From Eledone cirrhosa (lineage: Eukaryota), in assembly GCA_964016885.1 (NCBI GenBank), contig CAXHJY010000424.1, positions 62,001 to 126,000 on the forward strand: a DNA stretch of 64,000 bases, read 5' to 3'. Both the position numbers and the translations under genes were made by a program. Shown here one piece after another: positions 50,301 to 63,477 of this stretch. The first letter of the stretch is position 1. Every line of letters begins with the position of its first letter. The notes under the pieces were generated by a model. That model ran no database searches. It was not told the origin of the DNA and saw only the letters and a list, made by a program, of their open reading frames with translations.

Positions 50301-53203
50301 GCCGGGTCCTCGTCTATGAAGCCTATCTAAGTCAAGCACACAGATCACGAATTTGTGGTCCGTGTAGCTGACTATCTTGAATTGTGGACAGCCTATGCTA
50401 GACCTATCTATTTCCCTACAAAATACTCTATCTAGATATGATCTGGATGACTCTATGCGATTTATCCAAGTCCACATTCGCACATTCGAGAAATCCAATC
50501 GGTACCTGTCAGACAGTTCAAAACGCCTGAGCAGGTTGGTGAGGCTCTTGCACCCTCCTCCCCTATCCGCTAATCCCACACAGTCCCAGCGTGCATCTAA
50601 GATCCCGTTCCAGTCGCCCACTAACACTAAAGAGCGGGACGTTCCAAGAAAGGTCTCCAGACGCCGGAAGAAATCAGGCCGCCCTGCTCCTGTCGGGGCA
50701 TAGACGGCCACTAGCCTGAAAGCTTGCCCGTCTCCGCTGGTCACGTCCAGCACCACCAACTTACCCTCTGGGTCCAGGAAGATGGCGCGTATGGCGAGAT
50801 CCAAACCTCTCCGAAAAAGCACAGCAACTCCTCCCCCCCGATCCCGGATGGCTGGGAGATGCGTACACATCGTAGCCGCCGAAGATCGGTGCGAAGGCCC
50901 GTGCTTCGGAGATTCTGGTCTCGCTGATGGCCACTACATCTATGTTTAGTGACCTGAGGTCGTTGAGCAGGTGGCCCTGCTTCCATGACGACCCCAAGCC
51001 ACGCGCATTTATGCTGCCTATTCTGAGTGAGGTCATGTTGAAATGGAGTGGAAAAGATGGGAAAGACCACTTACCTTACTTCTCGTAGAGGATGGATGGT
51101 TTCTCCATCCTTTTCACTGCTTATCGCCTCCTCCGGAAGGATGTCCTTATAAATCCTCCTGGAGAGTGTTTGTCGGAAGTCTCCGATGTCTTTGGGGAAT
51201 TTTTGTTTTAGTGTCGTGTACGTTTTCTGTGTGATGCGAGTGATTTGTATGTGTGGAGGTGGTGTGAACTTTTGGGTTGTTGTGTAGTCTTTTTCTGTGA
51301 TGCTGGTGTTGTGTTGGATGTAGTGTAATAATTGGTTGTTGTTCAAATTTATTGCTGTGTAGTGTGTATCGTTTTGGTTGTTTTGTTTTGTTTGCGTTTG
51401 CTGTGGGTTTGTTTCTATTTCGCTTTTTGGTGACTTTTGTGGTGTTGGTGATGATGGTGTTGGGGTTAATGATGGTGATGGTGTTGGTGTTTGTGGTGAT
51501 GGGGTTGGTGATGCTGGTGTGGATGGTGGCATATCTGTCCTAACTTTTTTGTTTGATAGTTTATTTGTTTCCCTCTGTATTTAGTTTTTCGAGGGGGAAG
51601 GAAGAGGATTTTTTTCTTTTTGGGTTTCTTTTTCTTTTTTTATGATACCGTTTCCCACTCCTCGTCGTCACAATCTGTCTCCAGTTGCGATAGGTCGGGG
51701 AGTGGAAAATCCTCCACAGGCGTTGGTTTTGGTTGTGGCGTGGTGGATGATGTAGGCGCTGGTGCTAGTTCTGAAGCGTTGGGTGGTGGTGGTGTTGGTT
51801 TTGCTACTGCTTCTGGGGTTGTTGCTATTACAGTTGCTTCTGTTGTTGCTGCTACAGTTGTTGCTGCCATTTCTGCTGCTGGTGGTGTTGATGGTTGAGT
51901 CACTGGGGTGGGTAAGAGAAGTGGCCTCAACCTTTTAGCCTGAGGGCAGAAAGCCCTTAGGTGGGTTCCTTCACCACAAACGACACACCTAGGCCTTCTG
52001 CCCTCGACGATTACGGTGAGGTGGCTGCCGTCAGTGAGGTCTATTACCTCTGGGATCTCCTCAATGCTTTTTTGGTCCGCTTGGATCAGGAGCTCCATCC
52101 CAGATCCGGACCAGTTCTCCTGCTTTTCTTTCGCTATTTCGATTATCTTGGTGTTGGCTTCGATGCCGGCGAGGACGGCAGCTATTAGCCAGGGAATTTC
52201 GATGGCCGGTGGAACGTGGGTCACCCTGATCTTCACGAGTCTCTGGCCACAATAGCTTGGGACGAGTGCGAAGTCGTCACTTCTTAATGGGGCCATGGAT
52301 TGTTCTCTGGCCTCCTGTGGTGTTCCAAAGAACACGTCCACGGTTCCATATTTCTGCCCACGTCTGATGTGGTTTTTTTTTGCCCACACATGTCCCAAAG
52401 CTTTTTGGATTTGGGACTCGGCGCGATTTTATGTTAATCGTCCGATAGGACACGGTGCATAGGCGCCGATGCTCCTTTTTATTAGGTGGGGTGGGGGGTG
52501 GGGGGCTGCTGACCCTGTACCCATCTTTCTTTACCATTCTTTTGCCTTCTAATTCCTCCTGAGTTACCTGGATTGCTGCGCACCTTTTTGCTACTCTGGC
52601 AAAAGACAGGGTGGTTTTCTTATTCTCATTGTTGTTGTTGCTGTTGTTGTTATCGTTATTTTTGTTATTGTTAATTTTAGTTTCAGTTGTGGTGGTGGTG
52701 GCGTCAGTGGTGTTCGGTGTGGAAGAGTTCATTTTGGGTGAATCCATTTTGATGTCACGAGATAATTTCTTTCTTTTGTTTCTGTTGTCGCTGTGGTGGT
52801 GGTGGGGGTGGCGGCTTCAACACCTGCAGTCATTGGTAATGGCGGGAAATGAATGTCTGCATGAGACAAATTTAAAATATTGCTACTTCTTATATTTTTA
52901 GTGTTGGCAAACGTAGTAATATTTACAATGGTGGTGTCGGTGTGAGGTGATAGTTTGTGAGGAAGGTGTGACACTGAGTCGTCCATGATTTTTTTCAAAG
53001 AAAAATTTTTTGTTTGATAATTATTAAAGTTTAAATTTTGGGCTCGAGGCCCCAATCTTTTTGAGTGTCCTTTTCAGAAAACAATGTATGTGCACTTATA
53101 TACAGTTAACAATAAAAATTTTCCATAAATGGCAATTTTAAACAGCTGAAAATAACAAACCTTTGCGGAGCTCACGATAATACGATTTACTACGTAGGTC
53201 GCC
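47386..53203 (-). mobile_element. Near full-length Tx1-clade LINE (ORF1 ~52980-51071 with CCHC knuckle; ORF2 51036-47637 APE-RT-Zn), frameshifted, flanked by (AAT)n
   Basis: CVVCGEGTHLRAFC; [62 protein letters not shown]. Confidence 0.92.
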
Positions 53204-53235
<32 letters not shown>

Positions 53236-53239
53236 TAAT

Positions 53240-54253
53240 AATTGTTTCTATTTTTAGGCACAAGGTCATCAATTACCCAGTACATTACTGGTACTTTATT
53301 TTATCGACCTCGTAAGGATGAAAGGCAAAGTTAACCTCGGCGGGATTTGAACTCAGATCATAAAGGGACGTAACTCTATGCTTCAAAGCATGGTGTCCGA
53401 CTCTCTACCGATACTGCCAAATAATAATAATAATAATTGACCTCGGCAGGATTTGTGCTCAGACCATAAACTGTAGATGCTGATGATGATGGTGGTTGTT
53501 TCTGCTTTTGCCAGCAATTACCCCAGTGGCCAGCAGTTACCCCAGTGTGTTTCTGGAGCTCTGTTTTACTAACTCCATAAGATAATAATAATTGTTTCTA
53601 CATTTGGCACAAGGCCAGCAGTTATCCCAGATATAAGAAAACATGAATTAGCAAAGGGGGTAGTACAAATGTAAATAATTGTTTCTACTTTAGGCACAAG
53701 GCCAGCAATTATCCCAGTACATTACTGGTACTTTATTTTATCGACCCCGTAAGGATGAAAAGCAAAGTTAACCTCAACGGAATTTGAACTCAGATCATAA
53801 AGGGCCGTAACTCTTTGCTGCAAAGATAATAATAATTGTTTATACTTTTGGCACAAGGCCAACAATTACCCAGAACATTATTGGTACTTTATTTTATCGA
53901 CCCCGTAAGGATGAAAGGTAAAGTTAACCTCGACGGGATTTGAACTCAGATCGTAAATGGACGTAACTATGTTGGAAAGCATGGCGTCCGACTCTCTACC
54001 TATACTGCTAATCCACAATGACTTATAAACAGGATTCACATTAGGAAAGCATTAAAAAACAGCACAAAAAATAATTGTTTCTACTTTAGGCACAAGGCCA
54101 GCAATTACCCAGTGCATTACTGGTACTTTATTTTATCGACCCCGTAAGGATGAAAGGCAAAGTCAACCTCGGCGGGATTTGAACTCAGATCGTAAAGGGA
54201 CGTAACTATGCTGGAAAGCATGGCGTCCGACCCTCTACCGATACTGCCAATCC
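53240..54253 (-). mobile_element. Cluster of co-oriented SINE copies (about four near-complete plus fragments)
   Basis: AATTGTTT(C/A)TA..GGCACAAGG starts at ~53240, 53590, 53677, 53833 and 54073; B-box G(G/A)ATTTGAACTC in the long copies. Confidence 0.88.
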
Positions 54254-54539
54254 ACACAAAATGATAAAAATCTTTTCCCAGGAATCTGGTTCATTTACAG
54301 GTTTAGATATTACTCCACCCTGCATTTTCTTTACTTGTTCAGATGATTACTCAATCCTATAATAAATATATCAAATGTACACACCTCAGCATTTGAAATG
54401 GTCTAGAGCTTGGATTGAACAAGTTAGCTCACACATCCTACTGGAATAGAAGTATCTTGAGAAGTCACAAAAAATAATGATAGATAAATGTCACATAAAT
54501 TGCCCCGAAATTTATTATTTTAATTTTTAATTTTTTTTT

Positions 54540-57500
54540 CTCGTTTTCAACGTGATGGTGTCACGCTAAAACAGACACAGGTGGTGATGCAACCATAAAT
54601 TCACTAATCCTCGATCAGAGTGTTTAAATGTCGAACCTAAACAGTTCGAATAACGGTGAAAAGGAGACTGGAACGTCATGTGAAAAACTCTCACCCAGCA
54701 AGTGCTCCCTGGCCCAGCAGCAGGAACCTGGCTGTCATCCAAATACTGCTGGTGTTGGAGGAAGAAGAAGAAATGGGACAAGAACCAACTGGACGAAAAA
54801 ATTGAATAGAACTGTCATGAAATGTTATCTGAAGAGTAACCCCATGGAAAAAGGCTATAGGAAACGGATGCATAACATCTGGAACGAGATTGGTCTATTT
54901 AAATTAGGTGAACAAAAATTCGCCGGTCAGGCTCGTGTAATAAGAACTAATAGATGGATAAGCGAGTTGGAACTGGAGGAACTGAGCAGAGGGATTGAGT
55001 TGGAAATGGGGAGTGGAGTATATCAGGCAAATGAGCCAGTGGGAAATGAAGGTGAAGAGGTTGAGAGACCCGAGGAAGCAACCGAAGCAGACAATGATCT
55101 GAATGCTGAAATAAATAACATCTGGAACAAAGATACGGCCATTGAAGAAATGAATGCTGACGGGCTAGGGCAAGATTTGGTTGATATCCTGAACTTAGTG
55201 GTAGGTGAAATGAACAATGATAGTGGAAAGTCTAAGGTTTGTAGTCAGGAAAAAGTTAAAAGAAACGACAACTAAGGTAATCAAGGTCATCCCATACCTT
55301 GAGGCGAGGAACCTCACCAATGACACAATATTCTCAAAGCAACCGCAAATGTGGTGAAAAAATTACTTGGTATAAAAACGAGAAGAAACAACAAACAAGA
55401 AAGATCAGAACCGTGGTGGAAGAAACGACTGAATGGTCAAATCAAAGAAATGAGAAAAGACATTGGAAAGCTTGAGTCTTTACTGAATGGGACATTACAA
55501 AACATAGACGCTAAAGATAGATTGAAAATAAAATACAAAACTAAGGGAAAAGAGCTAAATGTTATCATAGAGGAACTGAAGCAACGCATAGTAGCAAAAA
55601 GTGTAAAGATTAGACGGCATGAGACAGAGTTAGTCAGTATAGACAGAACCGCATGTTTGACAACAACCAGATGTTGTTTGAACAGCTTGAAGGGAAAGAA
55701 AGAGGTTGAACAGACTAAGACATTCCGGAGAGGAATATGGGAACAGGATGTTGAACAGGCAGTGTGGATTAAGACAATTCAAAAGGAGATTAGCGAACAA
55801 GCACACCAACAACATGATTTGAGTATCACAGCTGAAACTCTTAAAGGGCAGGCCAAAAAGCTAACCAACTGGAAATCACCAGGCCCAGATGGTGTGCAAG
55901 GATATTGGATAAAAAATATAACATCCCTCCACCCAAAACTGACAGCTATGTTCAATGACTGCTTGATGTCGGGTGAAGTACCAGATTGGTTGACAAAAGG
56001 TACCACAGTTCTGGTAATGAAAGACCGAATCAAGAGTAATGAGGCTATCACATGTCTGTCCGTAATGTGGAAACTGTTAACAAGCTTTGTGTCTGAGGAA
56101 ATCTACCATCACCTCCACATAAACTTGTTACCGGACGAACAGAAAGGATGCTGAAAGAAGTCCCGTGGTACAAAAGACCAGTTTCTTATTGATAAGATGG
56201 TAATGAGGAATTGCAAGAGGAGGCATACTGGTCTTGCATGGGATGGATAGATTACAAAAAGGCATTCGACATGGTACCTCATTCTTGGATAACCAAAAGC
56301 CTAGAGATCTTCAAGGTGGCAGATAACATCAGACAGCTATTAAGTAAAAGTATGAAGTCCTGAGAAACAGAGCTAACATCAGGTGGAGGATCCTTGGGCG
56401 GCGTGAAGATCAAGAGAGCTATCTTCCAGGGAGATAGTTTGTCCCCTTTGCTGTTTGTCCTTACCCTCATACCCCTGTCCCTTATATTGCGAAAAGTGAG
56501 AGCAGGATACAAGCTGGGAAGAGGAGAGATTACCATCAACCACCTCATCTTCATGGATGATCTTGAACTCTTTGGGAAAAGTGAGAAGGAGTTGGATGTA
56601 CTTGTTGACACTGTCCGTATTTTCAGCAATGATATATGTATGCAATATGGTGTGTGGAGTCCTAGTGATGAAGAAGGGTAAATTGAGCAGAAGCAACGGA
56701 ATCCAGGTACCAACAGGTGAGATGATAAAGGAAATTGACACTGAAGAGAGATACAAATATTTAGGTGTTCTGGAGGCAGATGACATCAAGAACAAAAAAA
56801 TGAAGGAATTGATAAGATCTGAATACATAACGAGAGTAAGGAACGTATTAAAATCACGTCTAAATAGTAGGAATGTCATAAGTGCAGTGAATTCCCGAGC
56901 TGTGTCTATTATTAGGTACAGTGCGGGAATTCTGAAATGGAATGTTGCTGAACAAAAAGAAATAGATAGAAAGACTAGGAAGCTAATGACTATCCACAAC
57001 ATGTTCCACAAGAGGAGTGATGTTGATAGACTCTACTTAAGGACATCTGAAGGTTGAAGAGGTCTTATCAGCATAGAGGACTGTGTTCAGATGGATAAAA
57101 AAAGTCTGCACAAATATGTCTGACATTAGGGAGCCAATGCTCAAAATTGTACTGAAGGTGAAGACAATAGACCAGGGGATGTACAAGGAAGAAATAATAG
57201 CAAGGAGGAAGAGCAATCTTCATGAAAAATCCCTTCATAGCACCTTCTTTAAGAAAACGGAATTCAGAGATCCACAGACATGGAACTGGTTAAAAAGGAG
57301 ACCTTAAAAAAGCTACAGAAGGAATGCTAATGGCTGCGCAAGAGCAAGCCCTCAGAACAAAGTAGGTGAAACACCATAGTGACAAGCAGGGGCTAGCTAA
57401 CTGTGTAGGATCCGTGGAGAGAGCGAAAGGAGACTGTGGCTCATATTGTATCTGAGTGTAAGACCTAGCCCAGACTCACTATAAAGGCTGGAGACATGAT

Positions 57501-57922
57501 GTGATAGGAAAGTCGATTCACTGCCATCTATGCAAATTAAACAATTTACCACATTCTGAGAAGTGGTACGAGCATAAGCCAGAATCGGTGATAGAAAACG
57601 ATCAAGTGAAGGGGCTATGGGATTTTAGGATACAGACGGACAAAAAATTAGAACACAACAGGCCTGACCTGGTGGTTTTTGACAAGGAAAAAAGATCGCG
57701 CCTGATTGTTGCCCATTTGACACGAGAGTGCAAGAAAAGGAGAGGGAGAAAATTAACCGATACCAGGATTTAAAGTGGGAAGTAAAAAGGATTTGGAACT
57801 GTTATGAGATCATAGGAGAACTAGGTACTTTCTCAAGGAGTTTCCAAGGATGGTTAAAGAAGATTAGTCCAGCCCCGTTTTTTGGAACATTTCAAAAGGC
57901 ATGCTTGCTGGGAACAGCAAGT
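54540..57922 (+). mobile_element. Degenerate R4/Dong-clade non-LTR retrotransposon (RT + restriction-like endonuclease)
   Basis: N-terminal W...N..VMKCY..GYRKRMH.IW; NWKSPGPDG, EQKGC, DYKKAFD.VPH, IFQGDSLSPLLF, FMDDL, YKYLG; ETVAHIVSEC, RHD, NRPDLVV, K..RY.DL; many stops and frameshifts. Confidence 0.88.
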
Positions 57923-58030
57923 ACCCTCTTTGGAAGAAATTTGCTATACTCAGGCTGGAGAGGGATGGGCTCCACTAGGATTCTGTTCCCCCACCACCTT
58001 CTGAAAGATAAGTTGGTGAAGAAGAAGAAG
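57923..58030 (+). mobile_element. RTE 3' UTR fragment with (GAA)n tail
   Basis: TGTTCCCCCACCACCTTCT..GATAAGTTGGTGAA matches the RTE tail at 45419-45454. Confidence 0.65.
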
Positions 58031-58078
58031 CGCAACAACAACAAACAACGATAAAAAATATGGTATATGTCATCTTTT

Positions 58079-58084
58079 TTTATT
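58079..58084 (-). terminator. Putative polyadenylation signal AATAAA of the host gene
   Basis: About 70 nt downstream of the predicted stop codon. Confidence 0.5.
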
Positions 58085-58151
58085 AAATATAATGTTGTGT
58101 TTGCAATATTTACAAGTATTAAAATTATCAAAATATATCTTCTGTTCTTCC

Positions 58152-58166
58152 TCAGTATCGCCGTAT
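58152..58166 (-). CDS. Predicted exon 3 (IRRY-stop) of secreted Cys-rich repeat protein
   Basis: Acceptor TTTCATTGTAG then ATA CGG CGA TAC TGA; phase 0, compatible with the exon 2 donor. Confidence 0.5.
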   Translation of the reverse strand: MRRY

Positions 58167-58749
58167 CTACAATGAAACAGATTTACAAGGTATTAGGATA
58201 TTTATCAACTGTTATATTAAATGAATTATATACTGAATACATATGACGTGGAGCAAGTTCAGATTTATACACTATAACAGATTATATCTATATATATAAA
58301 TCTATTTTAATGATAATTAATTCACCTGGCCCAACGACTAAAATCTTTATTCAATCTTCTTGAAATATATCCTGACACGTAAATCGATATGTATCTAATA
58401 CTCTAGGTTAATTATTTACTTTCATATTAATTAGTAATAGTATTCATATTTACAAAACACAGGATTTTTAAATTTAAAGATATTCGAGTAAATAAAGGGA
58501 AATAATCCAAGTGTGAATTGAAACAGATGCTGACAGGATTTTGCTGGTTGCATGAAAACCGTAGATCGATGACAACCCAAGCCTTATGCTAAATATTAAT
58601 CAGCTTTAAGTTATTCTTATTATTCTACATAATAAAATCAATGGAAAGCAAAATAGATTAAATTTATTACTTTTGAGATAATTGTTTCTACTTTTGGCAC
58701 AAGGGCCACATTTGAGATAATAAGAAAACTAATAAAACAAATTACTAAC

Positions 58750-61370
58750 CTTATCATAACAGTCATAGTTGGTACACTTGATTTTCCCGTCTGTACACCG
58801 GCACACATTGCATTTATCTTCAGACATAAATGTTTGGTCGGCTTTGAAAACTTTTCCTTTAAGTTCACATTTCGATTTAGGACAGTACATTTTAGTACAT
58901 GCTAGTTGACCAAACTGTCCACATGTACATGTATTGCAGTCTTTTTTAAATGATTCTCCGACGGAATAGGTTTTTCCATTGATTACGCATGGTTTGGAGC
59001 ATATTTTCTGTTCACATTGGACTCTTCCATCATCATGGCACTGACATTTATTGCAATCATTGTAGAATATAGAACCAACATCATAACGTTTACCATTGTA
59101 TGTACAAGAACATTGCATTTTAGTACAGCTTACTACACCATTTTGTTGACAGGTACAAGTGTTACAGCCCTGTTTGAATGTAGTACCAATATTATAGATC
59201 TGGTTGTTGTATGTACATTTACAGACGTTACTGGTACATTGAACATTTTGTTGACAGGTACAGGTGTTGCAGTCCTTGCTAAATGTAGCACCAATGGGGT
59301 AAGCTCTTCCATTTTCAAAACAGTGACATGGCGTGTTAGAACACTGCACAGTACCACTAGATAAACATTCACATCGGTTACAATCATCGTTAAATATTTG
59401 ATTAATTTGATAAACCTGTCCTTTATATGTACATAGACAACGGTTATTTGTACATTGGACTTGTCCATTTTGTTGACAAGTGCAGGTGTTGCAGTCATCA
59501 TTGAATTGTTGTTCGAAATTGTAAACTTTATTTTTGTAGGTACAGGTACATGGGTTGCTTGTACACTGTATACGACCATCTATTTGACATGTGCATGTAT
59601 TGCAGTCCTTGCTAAATGTAGCACCAATGGGGTAAGATCTTCCGTTTTCAAAACATTTACAAACCTTGTTTGAACACTGCACTGTACCACTAGATAAACA
59701 TTCACATTGGTTACAATCATCGTTAAATCTTTGACGAATATCATAATCCTGTCCTTTATATTTACAGGGACATGGGTGAATCTGTCCTTTATATGTACAT
59801 TCACACTGCCTATTTGTACATTGGACCTGTCCATTTTGTTGACAGGTACAAGTGTTGCAGTCCTGATTAAATGTAGCCCCGATATTATAGACCTGGTTGT
59901 TGTATGTACATTTACAGACGTTACTGGTACATTGAACATCTCCATTTGACTGACAAACACATTGGTTACATTCTTCATTAAATTTTTGATTAATTTGATA
60001 AACCTGTCCTTTATATGTACACTGACAACGGTTATTTGAACATTGGACCTGTCCATTTTGTTGACAGGTACAGGTGTTACAGTCCTTGCTAAATGTAGCA
60101 CCAATGGGGTAAGATCTTCCGTTTTCAAAACATTTACAAGGTTTGTTAGAACACTGCGCTGTACCACTAGATAAACATTCACATTGGTTACAATCATCGT
60201 TAAATCTTTGACGAATTTGATAAACCTGTCCTTTATATGTACATTGACACTGCTTATTTGTACATTGGACCTGTCCATTTTGTTGACAGGTACAGGTGTT
60301 GCAGTCATGATTAAATGTAGCCCCGATATTATAGACCTGGTTGTTGTATGTACATTTACAGACGTTACTGGTACATTGAACATCTCCATTTGACTGACAA
60401 ACACATTGGTTACATTCTTCATTAAATCTTTGACTAATTTGATAAACCTGTCCTTTATATGTACATAGACAACGGTTATTTGTACATTGGACTTGTCCAT
60501 TTTGTTGACAAGTGCAGGTGTTGCAGTCATCATTGAATTGTTGTCCGAAATTATAAACTCTATTGTTGTAGGTACAGGTACATGGGTTGTTTGTACATTG
60601 TATACGACCATCTATTTGACATGTGCATGTATTGCAGTCCTTGCTAAATGTAGCACCAATGGGGTAAGATCTTCCATTTTCAAAACATTTACAAACCTTG
60701 TTAGAACACTGCACTGTACCACTAGATAAACATTCACATTGGTTACATTCTTCATTAAATCTTTGACGAATTTGATAAACCTGTCCTTTATATGTACACT
60801 GACACGTATTCTTTGTACAATCTACTTGACCATTACCTCGACAATAGCAAGTATTGCAATCTTCTTCAATTTTCTCTCCTACATTAAATATCTTTCCTCT
60901 GTAGTAACATTTACACATTTTCTGAGTACATTTAACTGTTCCATCACTTAAACATTCACATGTATTGCATTCATCAGAGAATGTTTGTCCGGTTTGATAG
61001 CGAATGTTCTTGTGATAACATTCACATCCTTGATTGCTACACTGCACTGTTCCGCTAATTTGACAAGTACAAGACTTACATCCATCTTTGAAGGTCTGTC
61101 CATGGTTGTAGACATTACCTTTATATTGGCACTGGCACACATTATTTGTACATTCCATTTGACCATTGGCTTTACATACACATTTATTACATGATTGTTG
61201 AGATGTCTGTCCTACAGCGTAACGTTTACCTTGATACCAACATGTACGTCGCTGTCCATAGCCACAACTTTTGCTTGTACACAGTGCTTGGCCCGTTTCA
61301 GTACACACACATGTATTGCAGTCGATTTTAAATGCTCCGTTATATTGTTTACCATTATGGGTACATTCGT
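58750..61370 (-). CDS. Exon 2 of secreted Cys-rich protein: 23 tandem ~37-aa six-Cys modules (pacifastin-like / half-VWC; kielin/chordin-like)
   Basis: Uninterrupted 2621-nt frame; acceptor TTTTTTACAG at 61371, donor AAG/GTTAGT at 58749; module C-x16-C-N-x-C-x-C-x3-G-x3-C-[TS]-x3-C. Confidence 0.9.
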
Positions 61371-61659
61371 CTGTAAAAAATCATATGATCAATAATTATA
61401 TTTATATCTAACACTGTAATATCAATATGGTATATATTCTATTGTACATAAGATATTAAGCTATTGATTTTAATTTCCTGTATGTAGGGAGATACTTGCA
61501 TTTAATAATACCTTGTATATCTATATTCTATTATACGTAAGAAATTAAGATATCCACAAAAGATGTGAATTTAGTGTGTCTAGCGGAATTTTAAAACTTA
61601 ATGATACACACACACATATACATATATATATATATATATATACATTCATACATACATGA

Positions 61660-62285
61660 TGATGGCTGCCCTCTCGTTATCGAGTATGGTCATTGCACGA
61701 TATAACATTATTAATAATTAAGGCTACTGTGCAATGCCTGTGTGTGAAGATTCTTTTTAAACTGAGGAAAGACTGTGCACTGAGCCCATCCAATTCTCTG
61801 AGCGACAGTAGCTATAACCCGAAAAGAAGCAAAGATCAACATCATCGGTAACTACTGAGCCGTAGGTTTTATATCGGAGTTATCCCAGTTTCCTAAGTTG
61901 CTTTCTCCTAGAAGAATGCCCTGATAAAGACTAGGGGTCTTTCACTCCCAGTGGTTTAACCGCGCAATCGGATATCCAGCCCGATTATTTCTATGTTCCC
62001 GCACACATATATATACATTAACATACAAGTATACACACACATATATATATATATACACATGTATATATGTATACACATATTTACACACTTTTAGATGTCC
62101 GTTTGTCTCTTATGAGTTCTTCCGCCCTTTGTCAATGTCTGTTTTTGTCCTGCAGGGTGTCCAAATAACACCCTCCTCACCAAGTAAACTTGGTGAGGTT
62201 GCCGGTTTAGTCACCGACGACCCGACGATGAGACAGGTTGTACTGGGTTACATGTTGCCAGTCGCACTCAAGAATGACCCGACAT
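61660..62285. repeat. Intronic interspersed-repeat-like fragments between (TA/CA)n and (ACAT)n tracts
   Basis: GC-richer islands (61660-61990, 62090-62285) with hairpins such as CCTCACCAAG-TAAA-CTTGGTGAGG; family not determined. Confidence 0.35.
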
Positions 62286-63308
62286 ACATACATACATACA
62301 TACATACATACATACATACATACATACATACATACATACATACATACATAAGTTCGCTCAGAGATATTTTTAATGAAAAAATGAATTTTGTTTTCATTGA
62401 CCATAATACGGCCTTCCAACAGAAATACTATGTCTACCACAATAATGACTTTTTTCTAAAGAACAACACAATGTTTTAAGCACATAAGGAAATCTAACGT
62501 ACACGATCCTTTAATTTTCTATGTCTTCGAGAGTGGCTTAAAAAAAAGGAGGAAATTACCTCCAAACTAGAGATCTCTCTTGAATGTTTGCAGCAGAGTG
62601 AACTACGTTAAACGTAAAAAACATCCAAAGCGGTAGTGTTAAGCTGGATTACGTATTAAATCCATCACTGAAGACACTATAGAAGGCAAATAACCGTAAG
62701 AAATATCACATCTCATCAGATGTTGTAACAAATCTAACTATACACCACAATAGATTATGGAAGACACATTTTACCACAATGAGGTGTGAAATTTGAGTGG
62801 AAAGAGTCACGACAAATACCACAAAGTATTATGTTCGATGTTCTATCGACTCTGTCAATTCACCATCCTAAAGAACAATTAGATGTAAATGATCACATAT
62901 ATAGATCGATAACTTCTCTATCAATCGCGATAGAGCTTACAAGACCTTACACTTTGTTTTTCAACAACTGTGAACAATGTGAAGATGTAAGACGTACTGA
63001 TATCTTATACATCTGACCATATAAATAACATAAGATTTAAACATGAAACACTAGAGAGAAGTTTGTCCTGTTGATCATTGGCTTCTCGTCTCCTTGGTGT
63101 CACAATACGGAATATTTGATATTACCTATGTATCTAGGTAGTGTAATGTGTCATGTGATATTTTAGTGGACAGGTAAGTCCTAATAAACTTCAACTCTCA
63201 TAGAGTCACACTGGAGCTATGACACGTCTTGTGTACAATTGATAAATTCAACTAAACTAATTTAAAACATCAACAAATATACAATATATAGCAATATGAA
63301 TTACTTAC

Positions 63309-63369
63309 AGTTGTTGTAGCTGTTTACGAATGAAAATGCTGCTAATACTAGTAGCAATTGGTACAACAT
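63309..63369 (-). CDS. Exon 1 (signal peptide) of secreted Cys-rich repeat protein
   Basis: ACCACCATG Kozak context; MLYQLLLVLAAFSFVNSYNN hydrophobic leader; donor GTAAGT at 63308, phase 1, joins exon 2 in frame (T+AC = Tyr). Confidence 0.85.
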
Positions 63370-63469
63370 GGTGGTCAATTGGTTTATCTTATTTTCCTGT
63401 TGTAGAATGGTGATGGTTGTTATCTTCTTCGAAACAAGGACAGGTTTGACAAATGTCTTAAAAGATCGC

Positions 63470-63477
63470 TTTATATA
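63470..63477 (-). promoter_or_regulatory. TATA box of the host gene
   Basis: TATATAAA about 100 nt upstream of the ATG. Confidence 0.6.

Noticed and set aside
59017-61395. Overlapping 343-aa and 148-aa alternative-frame ORFs and antisense ORFs in the Cys-rich exon
   Set aside because: Shadow frames of a repetitive coding exon; no independent start or splice signals.
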